A stretch of 64,000 nucleotides of DNA, taken from contig RHPI01002990.1 of assembly GCA_009103225.1 (NCBI GenBank), positions 576,767 to 640,766 of the forward strand. Direction: 5' to 3'. Positions 37,563 through 49,781 of this stretch are shown here, one piece after another (positions within the stretch are counted from its first letter, which is position 1; each line of letters begins with the position of its first letter). A model generated the notes under the pieces. That model worked only from the letters and a program-made list of their open reading frames with translations. It ran no database searches and had not been told where the DNA came from. The translations under genes were made by a program, and so were the position numbers. The stretch comes from Chlorokybus atmophyticus. Taxonomy: Eukaryota; Plantae; Mesostigma and Chlorokybus algae.

Positions 37563-39011
37563 ATGTCTGATCGAGGAGGGAATGATGTGGAGAAGTCCAC
37601 ATCATATGAGCCATCGAGTAAAGAGGAAGTGAACTACTCTGACATGAGTGAAAGCTATAAGCTTGCTGACAGTGAGAACGAAGGAGCTAAGCAAGACAGC
37701 GAAGCTTCTCCCAACTAGTCTGCTCAAAGTGCAACAGCTGCAGTGGACACACAGAGTGTCATTAGCGGGGCCATTGAGAAGTAAGCCTCAGAGCGTAAAG
37801 CTCTACTTGCTGCCCGCCCTCAGCTTCGTCAAGAAACGTGGGATGCATGGGCGCAGACGGTTTGTGATGGCTATGAGACAGACTTTGCCACACTCCCCCG
37901 TGCAAGCAAGGAGATGGTGATCCGCATGCTCGAACATGAGCTGACGAACAACATCCCGCCACTCGTGCGAGGTGATGCAAAGGTGGCTGCTATCATGGCC
38001 GTATATGATAAGCCTCTCCCTTACCAAGGCAAGCGAATGGCGTTTGAGGCTTTGGCCAACTTGGGAGTGGAGACCTCACAGCGTTGCAAGGATGTGTTCT
38101 GGTACTTAGGACCTAACTTGGAAGACAAGTTGACTGGCCGTGTGCAGTTGACGGCACGCCTCGATGCCATGCAGGCTGAGTTGGTGGCGCTGCGCCAACA
38201 GGTGGCAGGTGCTACTTCGGCAGCTGGGGCATCAGTAGGTCTGCCGGTGACAGCTCTGAACAAGCCTGAGAAGTTCAAGCCTAACGACAGCGTCAGCATT
38301 CACGACTGGGTGGTCACTGTCGAGCACTACTTGACGGCACTCAAGCACACGGTTAATGAGCACATTGCTGTTGCTGAGTTGCTCATGCCATCTAATGCTC
38401 TTGCCAAATGGGCGAGGCAGACAGATGATGGTGCTGCCAAGGCAGTGGAGGCAATTTTCCAGTTCCTGATGGAACGCTATGGTGGCATGGACCCGGCTAC
38501 TCTGGCTCGCAACAAACCCAGCAAGTTGCGCCAAAATGGTCGTGCAGCCTCAACCTATCTGCAAGAGTTTTTGGCATTGGTGGGTCGTGCAAACAGCGGC
38601 CTCATGCCCATGGACAAGGCCGAGCAGTTGAAGTTGTACAAGCGCGGCTTGGATGCGCGTGTGCGTGATCAGCTGCAGTACAAAACGGCAACGGGACTTC
38701 CTTGGGTTCCAGAGGACTTGGCCAAGCTGCAGAAGCTGAGCGTGTACCTGTACAATGATGACACGACGGTGTTGGACAAGTCACATGTGGCAGTTTCGGC
38801 CAAGCCGCCGGGGGTGGGGGGAAAGCACTTCTCTCATCCGAGTGCACACCTGGCAAAGAAGGCGAAGACATCTGGTGCTTCTACCAATGGCGCATCTGCT
38901 GGTGGTGCCATGCCTGCTGCTGCTCGCACCTGTTACGTCTGTCATCAGCCTGGCCACATCGCAAAGAACTGCCCAACTAAATGGAAGGGCAAGGCCAAGA
39001 AGGTTGAATAG
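37563..39011 (+). pseudogene. gag: gag of the chromovirus (two in-frame stops; CCHC zinc knuckle)
   Basis: ORFs 37452-37718 and 37914-39011 share a frame; KPEKFKP..HDWV, KLRQNGR..YLQEF, CYVCHQPGHIAKNC. Confidence 0.85.
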
Positions 39012-42000
39012 GATTACGCCGTGACTGATGTAGAAGTGGTTGATAACCAGTTGCTTGTACTAGTGGCAAACTGGTTTGATGAGCTGTCCCAAGTGCATGT
39101 AATGACGCATGCATGGCAAGCACATAACAGGTTGCCACCTTTTGATGTTGAAAAGGTGGAAGAGAATGCTTGTGTGTTGGTACATGTGGAGTTTAACATG
39201 CTTACCGATGTGTTGCACACTTTGACCAAGTTGCAAAGTAAGCATAGAACCTTAAGTGTGGTAGTGATGGTGCCTAAATATCATGGCCCATGGTTGAAAC
39301 ACACCCGAGGGGGAACTGTGTTGAAGCAATTTAGCAAGCGTGAAACAGGGACAGTGCGATTGTCAGCAATTTTACTCAACCCTCGCATTAGTCACGGACT
39401 CTTGGCTACATTTCAAGGACGGGTAGTACCTCTGTTGTGGACATTTAGTGGCACAATGCAAGGGGTAAACAGTTTGTTCTTGGTTGACACTGGTGCAACA
39501 CACAATTTCGTTGAGGAACAATGGGTTGTGCGCAACAAGATAGCGTGTAAACCCTCTACATTTTCAGCTGCCGGTGCGGGGGGTGCGTTGCCAGTGAAAG
39601 GGGAAATAAAAACAAAAATAAAGATTGATAATTATCATGCCACTCTTACTTTCATCGTGGTATCCACCGACATATCAGGTGTTGATGTGGTATTATGACA
39701 AGAATGGCAGGAGAATGTAAAAATGACATTGGATACTAGCGCACGCTTGTGCACAGCAAAGAAAGGTTGTAAGCGTGTAACATTGTCTGTGAAAGGGTCA
39801 CATAGCTTGGACCACAAGCAGCCCGACCCACCGCTACTCACTGCACTGCAACTGAAACGTTCGTGGCGCAAAAACACACCGGCTTTTTCTGGTACACTTG
39901 ACGTCGTCGGACGACTTTGTGCCGGGAAATACAGAAGGTGTTGCATACATCATTGAGAAATATCAGGATGTGTTCTCAGATGAGTTGCCCGGCTTACCTC
40001 CTGATCGAGGTGTTGGACACACAATACCACTCGTTCCTGATAGTGAGCCTCCGTTTTGGCCTATATATAGGCTGAGCCCCCGAGAGAGGGGGGAAATGGA
40101 AACTGAAATCAAAAAGTTATTGGAAAAGGGATTGATTGAACCGAGCTCTTCACCCTTTGGCGCGCCCATTTTGTTTGTGATGAAAAAGAATGGAAAGCTG
40201 CGCATGTGTGTGGATTACCGTGCTTTGAACAAGATTACGGTAAAGAATCGATACCCGTTGCCCCAGATTGATGATGTGTTTGATAAACTGTCGGGAAATG
40301 CGTACTTTAGTATGTTGGACTTGACAAGTGGGTATCATCAAATCCGGATTCATCCTCCTAATGTTACAAGACAGCATTCAGAACACCTTCGGGCCTTTAT
40401 CAATACAAAGTGTTACCTTTTGGATTGACTAATGCGCCCGTAGTGTTTCAGAAGGAAATGAATAAGATTTTTGGTGGCATACTTGGCAAGTATGTTATGG
40501 TTTACTTGGATGACATCATTGTCTTTAGTAAAACCAAGGAAGAGCATAAGCAGCACTTGGAAGCGGTGTTCGCCTTGCTGCGTACACATCGCTTGTTTGC
40601 CAACTTGTCAAAGTGTGACTTTCGCAAGACAGAGTTGCCATTCTTAGGGCATATTGTGAGTGGTGCGGGTGTCAAACCTGACCCTCGCAAAGTGCAAGTG
40701 GTAAAAGATTGGCCTCAACCTAAAAATATCAATCAATTGCGATCATTCTTGGGGTTGGCAAACTACTTTCGCAAGTTTGTGATGGGGTACTCTACATTTG
40801 TGGTGCCTTTCACAAAACTGTTGCGAAAGGATGCCCCATTCTCTTGTACAGCAGCACAAGAAGCTGCTATGCAACAAGTGAAGCTGGCTTTGACTTCGGC
40901 ACCAGTATTGGCATTGCCAAATTGGGATAAACACTTCACTGTGATTAGCGATGTCTCCACCCTTGGGTGTGGTGCAGTATTGCTACAGGATGGCCGATCA
41001 TGTGCTTATGAGAGTAGGAAATTCATTCCGGCAGAGGTGAACTACACTACCACGGAGCAGGAATTGCTTGGTATAGTGCATGCTCTTGAAACATGGCGAT
41101 GTTACTTGGAGGGAGTTCAGTTCACAGTGGTGACTGATCACAACCCGTTAGTGTACTTCTCAACACAGCTAAACTTGTCGCGTAGGCAAGCTCGCTGGAA
41201 TGAGTTCCTGTCGCGGTTTACCTTTGAATGGGTATACCGGCCGGGCAGGACCAACGTGGCAGATCCTCTGAGTCGCTGTCCGTCATTGTTGGCAGTTATG
41301 CGTGCGCAGTTGCTTGCAACGCAGCGTACATTGCCTCCTGATGATGAGTTTGTGCAAGCTGTTTTACAGGGTATGCATTAGACCCATGGTTCTCTATACA
41401 ACAGAATGTACAGCAGCTTCACAAAAGAGACAACTTGTATTATATGGGCGCCAGCTTGGTGATACCTGACCATGCTGGGTTGCGCATAAAATGCATAGCT
41501 AAAGTACACGATCCACCGTATGCTGGGCACTTTGGCGGTCGCAAGACTATTAAGGCAGCGCAACAGTTGTACTGGTGGCCATCGTTGCCTGTTGACGTGA
41601 AGCATTATACTGACACGTGTGATAAATGTCAACGTGACAAGCCGTTACGTCAAAAACCCGTTGGGTTGCTGCGACCTTTGCCTGTTCCTGATGGCAAGTG
41701 GGAAAGTGTGAGTATGGACTTAATTATTGAGCTCCCGGAGACAGCATTAGGGCACACTTGCAGTTTTTGTGGATCGTTTAACAAAAATGGTTTCACATTG
41801 TCCCTTGCCGCACGGAAATAGGCTCCCGTGAATTATCGATGGTTTTTGTTGCCTCAGTGTTTAAGTTACATGGCTTGCCTCGTAATTTCGTATCTGATCG
41901 CGATCCGCGATTTGTAGCTCAGTTCTGGAAATCGCTATGCAGGTTACATATTCAGCAGAACATGAGCACGGCTTACCATCCACAAATGGATGGTCAAACA

Positions 42001-42771
42001 GAGCGCGCCAATCAAGTGATTGAGGAAACCATCCGGCATTATGTAAATCCGAACCAATCTGATTGGGATATTTATCTCCAAATGGCTGAGTTCGCGATTA
42101 ACAATGCATGGCAGGAGAGTGTGCAGGAATCTCCGTTTTTCTTGAATTATGGAGTGCATCCACTGAGTCCTGCAAACATTAAATTGCTCGCTATCGACAT
42201 AACTCGCGTACCTGCAGCGCGCGAGATGGCATCGGCCATGCAGGATAGGTTAGCATTGGCAAAGGACTGTTTGCGCGCAGCGCAAGACAGACGAAAAGCC
42301 CATGCTGATGCGCATCGTAGAGAGGCCAACTACGATGTGGGCTGTTCGGTGCTTCTCAGCACCAAAAACATATCCATCAAGGGAGTGGGTACCCGCAAGT
42401 TTTTCCCTCGCTGGATAGGCCCGTTTAAAGTGATTGATCGGGTCGGCACTCACGCGTATCCTTTGGACTTGCTAAAATCGATACGCATTCACAATGTGTT
42501 TCATGTGAGTGTACTGAAACCGTACCGTTCTGACGGTCGGGTTCAACCTCCTCCACCCCCCGTTGCAGTGGATGGCGACCATACTTTTGAGTAGGAAGTG
42601 GAAGCAATCTTGAGTCATTGTAAGCCTCGACGTGGACGCGCGCCGTTTTACTTAGTAAAATAGAAAGGGTATGATGTTGAGCACAATACATGGGAACCCG
42701 AAAGGAATCTTACCAACTGCCAAGAGATTCTTCGGGGGTACTGGAGTACTGTGTCCACACGCGGACGGTAA
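39012..42771 (+). pseudogene. pol: pol of the chromovirus: Dam-like segment, protease, RT, RNase H, integrase, chromodomain
   Basis: DTG at 39486; IEPSSSPFGAPILFV..LRMCVDYRALN; YLDDII; NYTTTEQELLGIVHAL; HDPPYAGHFG..CDKC; FVSDRDPRF; STAYHPQMDGQTER; GPF; FE*EVEAILSH..YLVK*KGY..NTWEP. Confidence 0.92.
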
Positions 42772-42893
42772 AAGGGTGCTGGCAGACATCTTTAGCGCTT
42801 CGACCCTGATTCTCTTACTACTTTCGTTTCTTTACTCGTGGTGGGGCTTTGCTAACCCTTCAATGAGAACATTAAAAGCTAAGTGGGGGGGAA

Positions 42894-43261
42894 TGTAACG
42901 GTGTGCTACCTCCATAGAGGTTCCCCGCCCTTATTTAGGATTAAATAAAGGTCCCAACGGGATTATACAGCCTATCAAGCCATATTAGAGCCGTTAACTT
43001 ATGTTAAGGCCCTAATGTAGTGTTACTTATCTGTAACACTGATATCGATATGAGACATGAGTCTCATGTCGATATCAACATCAGACATGAGTCTCATGTC
43101 GATATCAGCCGCATGGCGGCGCTGCTTACGCAGCGACCGCCATAGCCAGGGGATCTTCTGCTTCGGCAGTCACCCCTGGCGGCGGCGGCGTGGGCGGCGT
43201 GGCTGGTGGTAGTGTTGGGGTAGGGGATTAAAGGGAGGAGGGAGCAACCCCTCTCCTTACA
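42894..43261 (+). repeat. 3' LTR (with internal 30-bp tandem duplication)
   Basis: TGTAACGG...CTTACA directly after the PPT; unit AGACATGAGTCTCATGTCGATATCA at 43053 and 43083. Confidence 0.95.
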
Positions 43262-46200
43262 GCAGGAAATCAAAGGAGCCAGCGTTGGTGACCACGCATT
43301 GCTGAACAATCTCTGTGGTGTGGGTCGGGTCCACCTGTCAACCGAATGCAGAAGGCCTCCTTGGTGGCCCCCATCACCTTGCTACGGTTCCCCGTTGCTG
43401 TGTCCAATACGTATGAACAGGGCATCAGATCTGAATTGGTGATGCCAAGAGACCGCGCGAGGAAGCGCCCAATAATGACTGGCTGTGCTCCGGTGTCCAG
43501 CATCACCCGCTTGGGTGCCAGATCGTTAATGGTCACATGCTTGCCTTGGTTGGCTACCATGGCAGCGTTGGCGTTGATGCATACTACGGCTAGTAGCCTC
43601 TGGGTGCGGGCTATCGGCACCGGTGCCTTATGTCTTTTAGCTGGCGGTGTTGAGCGCATCGCAGCCAAAGCTCCTCTGCCCGCGGGGTCTTGACTACCCC
43701 CTCATTGTTCTATCCCTCCACCAAATCGACCTTGTTGTAGTGGTTGGTAGACACGGGGAGGCCTTTACGCTAAGGATTTTGGCGCTGGTTGTGGTGGAGG
43801 TGACGGTGGATGCCGCATATGAGAGGATGGGATCATGCCTGCCGGTGTCCCCAATGGTTGTGGAGGAAAGCCCGGCAGACCCGGTGGTTGCGGGCCTGCC
43901 TCGCGTTCTGCTTGCTCTGCGGCGTACGTCCATCGGACGGCATAAGCTGCCTCCCTGACGAATGTCCTTTCCCGCGTGGATGTGGACTCTGTGTGCACAT
44001 TGGTCCAGTGGTAACAGTGTGGCATGGGTTGCAATTAAACTGCGCGCAGTACCGCTGCCGCATGTCGTGGGTGACGGTGGAGACTCGCAAAATCTCCGCC
44101 ATGTAGGCATCCCACCTACCTTGTACTACGCCCACATCAAGTACGGTCATGGCGCGCGCTCGTATGGTGCGTTGAAGGTCAGTTTGCTGCAAGTGTAGCT
44201 CGTGAGCGATAGCGATGTCGCCGGCGTTGCCGCGCGGCTTCCACTCTCAGCAGTCGCAGCATTGCCGCCTGCACTCCCTTAAAAGTCTCGAGCGCAGTGG
44301 TGGCCGTTTCATCATATGCTTGCCGCAGCGAGCGGATGAATGCCCCCAACCATGATGCTTTGTTGCCACAGGCGAACATGGAGACAGCGGGGTGATTGGC
44401 GACGAGCCACGTCACGAGTCGTGCTTGAAAGGCACTGCCCTCCGGCCGGTGCAGCATGATTGCTTGCCGTATGAGAGCGGTACGGAGTTGTTGCTCTCCT
44501 ACCATACTAGCTCCTCCTCACTGAGTGGTGTTTTCTTGTGGGGTGAGGTACCCTCGCCCTGCATCACGTTGATCGTCGGGCATTCCATCAACCAGAGGGG
44601 GCAATAATGGGGCGATTACCCCCCTCAATTGTTGCGCTAACGCCCTCTCTTAGTTAGCAACAGTTGCTTGCCCTGGCTGTGTGCCTGTGGTTTGTGCTGA
44701 TGGCACCACGGCAAGTGCAGTGGAGGTGCCGGTGACATCTGACGATTCCGCGAGTTGCACCGCAGCGGCGTGTGCTGCTTCGTACGTCTGTCGGCGTGCG
44801 TCAATCTGCGCGGCTTGATGTTGCCGACAGCGATGTGCCTATTTAAGAGCAGAGAACCGTTCTTGGTAACTTCCCGCTGTGAGTCTACGAAGTGTTGGGT
44901 CAGTGCCCAGTGGCATGGTTGAGGTGGTAACCATAAGGTCCTGCACTCGGCGATGCTGAAGTCCGAGCGGTTCAGCGGTGAAGGCTCAAAGTCAACCTGT
45001 TGCGCTGGCCTGGGCTGTCGTGATCGGTAAGGTTGACGTCCTGCAGCCTGGCGTGCAGCGCCAGAAACAACTGAATAGCTCCAACATTGCGGGGCGCTTG
45101 TATGCGGCCCTAAAGAGACGATCTGTAATTTTAGGAGCAGTGCCAGCTGGAATCTCATCTTCCAACTGTTGTTGAGTGGGCTCCGGCAGTGTATGGTATT
45201 CAGGCGGTGGCAGCGGCAAGATGCAATCATCTCGCGCTACGTGCGTTGTGCGTTGCCCTTCAGGCCCGTACGCAATGGTGGTGGGCTCGATGTTGCGTAG
45301 GACGGACACCCAAGCACACTCTGCTTGTGGTCCGCGTGGCACTTGTTGAGTGACATCAAGGTGCGGAGGAGGGGCCGCATGCAACCCCAGATGGTGCGGC
45401 GGCAGTGGCAGCAGGGATTGATAGAGGTGCGGCAACATCACTTGCAGCAACAGCTGTGGCACCTGCAGCAGTGGTGGTGACGGAAGTCGCCGCTGTGAGC
45501 GTTGCAGCAGTCGTGACTGGTCTAGTGTCCGCAATTGTAGCGGGTGTGGCGCCAACACCACCAGTGGGTACGCTAGCCATGGCTGCAGTAGCCTCAGTGG
45601 CGGTCATCTCTTGCGCCAACGTGGTGCTTGGTGTATCCGCGCTGGCGGCACCTGTGGGTGTTGTTGGCGGCAGTGTCGTCGACGGGGTCGTCCCAGCAAA
45701 GGTTGTGGCCACTAAGCTAACCACTTGTGGCCTTCGATACACTGCTGTTGACGATGCCTCTCTGCGCGCACGTCTCGATCATTTAACACGCGATGCGCGC
45801 GGGGGGGGGGGGGGNGGGGGGGGGTTCTCTTTCGCGTTTTGGTGCCATCAAAGCCCATCGGGCAGCATAGCAGGCTTGGTAGTTTTGCTCCTTATTTTTT
45901 TCCAGCTGGGCCACTCGTGTTTTGAGGGCCGCGACTTGGTTGACATTTGGTGAACTGGCTAATGCTTTAACAGCAGCAGCTCCAACGCGAGTGCGTCCCT
46001 CAGGTCCCTTGTGCTATGGAGGGCGATTCTTCCCTCTGTAGCCAGTCTCCTCTTTTCGAGCGCCGGTGTGGTTGTTGTCAGGGTTGTGGCCACGAGCGTG
46101 TTGTTGTCGTTGTTGTGACCACCAGCGTTGTTGCTGTTGTTGTTGTTATTGTTGTTGTTGCTGCGATATTTACCAGCGTTGTTGCTGTTGTTGTAGCCAA

Positions 46201-47650
46201 TAGAGGGCCGCAGCTTGGAGAACTTGAGCCAACATACTGCCTCTCAGTGTCCCGTCTTGCGCCAGTAGTTGCACACAAGGTTGCCGTAATCTTCGGTGCA
46301 CTCCTTTTTGTAGTGCCCATGTCGACCACACCGATGGCACAGCACTGGAGCAACGAGGGCAGCATAAGCTGACGGTTTATCCTTGTTGCGCGTGACTAAA
46401 GTATCCCAACTGCGATCTTGTCGAGGGAGCTCAGCACTCGCGCTTGCCATGGGACGTGAGGCGCTTCGGTTGGTGTCCAACACTGCCTTCTCAAACACCC
46501 CGCGCTTGTGAATGGCTTACGCAGTCTCAAAAGCTTCCTTAAAAGTGTAGTCGAGGGGCCTACTGTAGTTCAATGTCCAATGCGTCGACTCATTAAAGGT
46601 GGAGTCCAACTCAGCCACGTACACCACTGCGGCTGCCTCCTCACTGACGATCTTGTATTCAAAGTCCTTCAGTAGTCCTTCCAGCCACGAATACAGCGGG
46701 AGAGGGTCCACATTGGGCTTTCGTTGAAAGCGTCTCAACTCCTCTACCTTGCTGATGGTCTGGGGCACGAAGGTACGCCGCAGTGCTGCCTACAAGTTTT
46801 TGAAAAGAGAGCCCGATATGATAGCACCAACGGTGATGGCTGGTGCGCGCAACGCCACTGAGCCAAGTGTGAAAAGGCTGACTTGTGCAGAAGTATGCGA
46901 GCCCGGTGTTGGCGATACTGGTGTCCCCGTTTTTAAGGCTGCAGCTTGTTGTTCAGCCTGCTGAGCCTCGACGATGGCAGCGGTGCGGTTAAGCACTCTG
47001 GTCCGTCGGTCGGCCTTCTTGACCTCGACCTCTGCAGGTAATAGCGAGGCAACAACCAGCTCCGCTTCTTCGTCCTCTGATTATTGCATGGATAAAGTTA
47101 ACGGCCGCCCAGTGACTGGGATTGGAGGGACCACTGCTGCTGAGGCCACAGCTGTTGGGCTATACGTCGGTGCAAGCTTGACTTAAGTGCTATGGTGCTG
47201 GCAAGCTCACCATAGCCATCGACCCTGTGCAGCTCAACAATGGACTTCCACACATCGTGTGCCTTATGATCAAGGTCTTGCGTCATGATATGGAATAACA
47301 CCTCTGACCAGTACTTGTTCTTGAGGGCTTAGTGCCGCCGCATCTTGGAGTGGAACTTGTTGATGAACTCATCAAGTGGTGTGGTGCCCGCACGTCCGGA
47401 GAAGCGCAGGGAGTTGGTTGAGCTAGAGGGCTCCATTTCGTTTCGTCGTCACTGTTCGAAAGAGGTGGAGAAGCTTGATGGCAAGGATTGAAGTGGGAGG
47501 AGGTGAAGCCGGAGACAGGGCGTGAGCCTCTGCTGCTACGGTAACCGCTTCCTTCAATTGCTCGTTCGTAGGTGAGGTTGGAGGTCGGGCTTCAGCTGCT
47601 AAGGTCCCCCTCGTATATTGGCGAGAATGGGGGATGGGCCTGCTCATACA
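43262..47650 (-). mobile_element. Degenerate gag-protease part of a minus-strand Ty3/gypsy element
   Basis: gag-like N-terminus (LRFSGRAGTTPLDEF..); two zinc knuckles CHRCGRHGHYKKEC and CNYWRKTGH*EAVC; retropepsin RVMLDTGAQPVIIG..VTNAGSFDFLL, truncated exactly at the chromovirus 3' LTR. Confidence 0.75.
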
Positions 47651-49781
47651 GCTAATGCGAGGTGAAAGTGTATAAAGGGTAGAGTGTTTGAGCTCTACAC
47701 GGTTATCTTAATGCCGCTACCACTCACCGCACAAGTGCTTGTGCGCACTATGTAATGACAGTGATAATGATGCACGAGGATGTATCCAACTGCAGGTTGT
47801 ACTTCTGGTGTGCTGGATGCAACCACACTCACTTGAGCAAAGAGGGTGACACTGTGAGTCAACAAGCCACTATCATAGGTAGTGCTGTTTACACAGTTCC
47901 TTGCGTGAGTGGAAAATGTGTTACACTGTTAAGTGAGGTGAATGAGCAAGCAAGCACGTGGATGCTATGATCTGACTGATGCCAACAAGCACACCGCGAC
48001 CCAGCGTACCAAGCTCACAGCAGCGACAAGCATGGTGTATAGGAGCATGCATAGTTTCTCACAAGGTGAGGGGATTCTTGATAATCAGGACGGCGTGTTC
48101 GTAGTTCAAGTCGCATCACAAGCTTTTAGCTTTCTCACTCACAGTGTCACCAGCTGATTCGGTGAACACCGCGACTACTTGTACAAGTCATGACTGTCAG
48201 AACACAAGCTAACGATCATATCACGGCTATCCCACCAGAAACTCCCCCTCGATATAGAACATAATTGCGTAACTGAATTACAACTGAAACAGCTACGCGC
48301 GGTGCCTATGTGGGCTACGGCCATGAGCTAGTCCAAGGTTATGATCTAGCTGGTCAGTGACGCGCGCGGGTTGGTATGCTGATAGTCCAGGCGAGGGTCT
48401 TGATGTAAGCATGCCCGATGCACGCTGGCACACGATGACAAAGCGCATGACAACTTTGACTGAAAGCTTGCACATAACATTTCTTGCCAAATATTATGTG
48501 CATTATTCATGTAACATAACGTGGATTGTGCCATACCGAGTATATTTAAATATAAACAATACAAATATCCATATATGTACACATAGTTAACAAAGCTTAA
48601 AAGCATACACCATTAAGTTTATAGCGACCGCATAAAGGCATCTCAAACTTTGGGCTGAAGCTTGACCATCTAAGTCAAGTGCGATATGTGATGTACATGA
48701 TGCAAACCAAGATTATGCCATTACTGCATGGGTGGGCCATTGAACGTGTTATAGGCCCACATTACGTAACTTTCAGCATGTTGCAACGGCGACATGTTTT
48801 ACACTGCGTAGCACATGCGCGATCGCAGATTGCATGCTGGTGCTCCGAACTGGGCGCCCAATCATCTGACCGCGAGCTCGTGGGGCACTCCACATCAGGT
48901 CTGTTCGGCGTGATCGTCACACCATGACTGAACTCATGCAGTTCGCAGCAGGTCGTTGGAACTGCTATGGTATCCACCCATCATCGGTAAGTAGCGGTAG
49001 GAGCCCTGAATCAGGGCGCTGCATCAATGAACTAATCACCCCTGACAATGTGCTTTTATTAACGGACGGATATCGGCGCAAGCACCTTGACTAAATTGAT
49101 ATCCGTCCTCCGCGGGTGCCAGCAAGCATGGCGATGCATTGCCTTGACCAAGAAACGACGGTACGGTGGAACTGGTCTAGTGCTCCGCGGCTGCAGCGTT
49201 GGCAGCGGCGGCCTGGTGCTGCTGGTGGCCGACCAGCGCAAGTGGAAGGTGCTTGTTGTTTTTTGGGGGAAGAAGCTTGTGGCGCTGCTGTTAAGCACGT
49301 CTCGTTGGGCAAAGGAGCGGAGTGACCAGTTGCTACCAGCAGGTCAAGCGAGCTTGCTGCACGCAGGTGCGAACACTGGCATATCTCCTGGCATTCAGGT
49401 GTGGAGAAATGTCTGCTTCATACCGGGGGCTTGAGCTGTGTCGATGTTGCTGAGCTGTAGGTGCTGCTCTCCTAACTTGCAGTAGCTCAGCTTTCAACGC
49501 ATGTCTGCTGGTCAGTGAGCACTTTGACTGATTTGACCAGAGCTGAACAATGTGAATGAACCAGGTGCAACCCAGCCTATGTACGCTGAGCTTTTCAATG
49601 CAGTGTGTACTGGATATTGCGTTCTAGTTGAAGCGTTGTCAGACTCAAAGATGCCAAGCTTTCGGTGTTAGCACAGCTGAGTGATTGGAGTCTTGTCCAC
49701 AGGGGAAAGAAGCCATGACGATCGTGCTCTTATTTTGGTCATGACCTAGAGCAGCTTCGCCGTCGTTGTCAGTGATAAGAG

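Larger units (their letters stand above)
36370..43261 (+). mobile_element. Full-length but decayed Ty3/gypsy chromovirus LTR retrotransposon
   Basis: LTRs 36370-36706 and 42894-43261 (TG..CA); PBS-like TGGTATTGGAGC at 36708-36719 (2 mismatches to the tRNA-iMet PBS); PPT GGGGGGGAA at 42885-42893; gag with CYVCHQPGHIAKNC; PR FLVDTGATHNFV; RT YLDDII; RNase H; integrase; chromodomain; multiple stops and frameshifts. Confidence 0.96.

Noticed and set aside
39009-39011. Single in-frame TAG between gag and pol, suggesting programmed readthrough
   Set aside because: The element has many other nonsense mutations (37716, 39696, 42592, 42661) and no CARYYA context, so decay is the simpler explanation.
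47857-47870. 14-bp match AGTCAACAAGCCAC to 30627-30640 as possible paired LTR starts of the minus-strand element
   Set aside because: Similarity does not extend beyond 14 bp, and several such matches are expected by chance in 64 kb.
48250-48500. Copia-like PPT (GAGGGGGAG, minus strand) and RNase H remnant
   Set aside because: No recognisable copia RNase H motifs upstream and no LTR.
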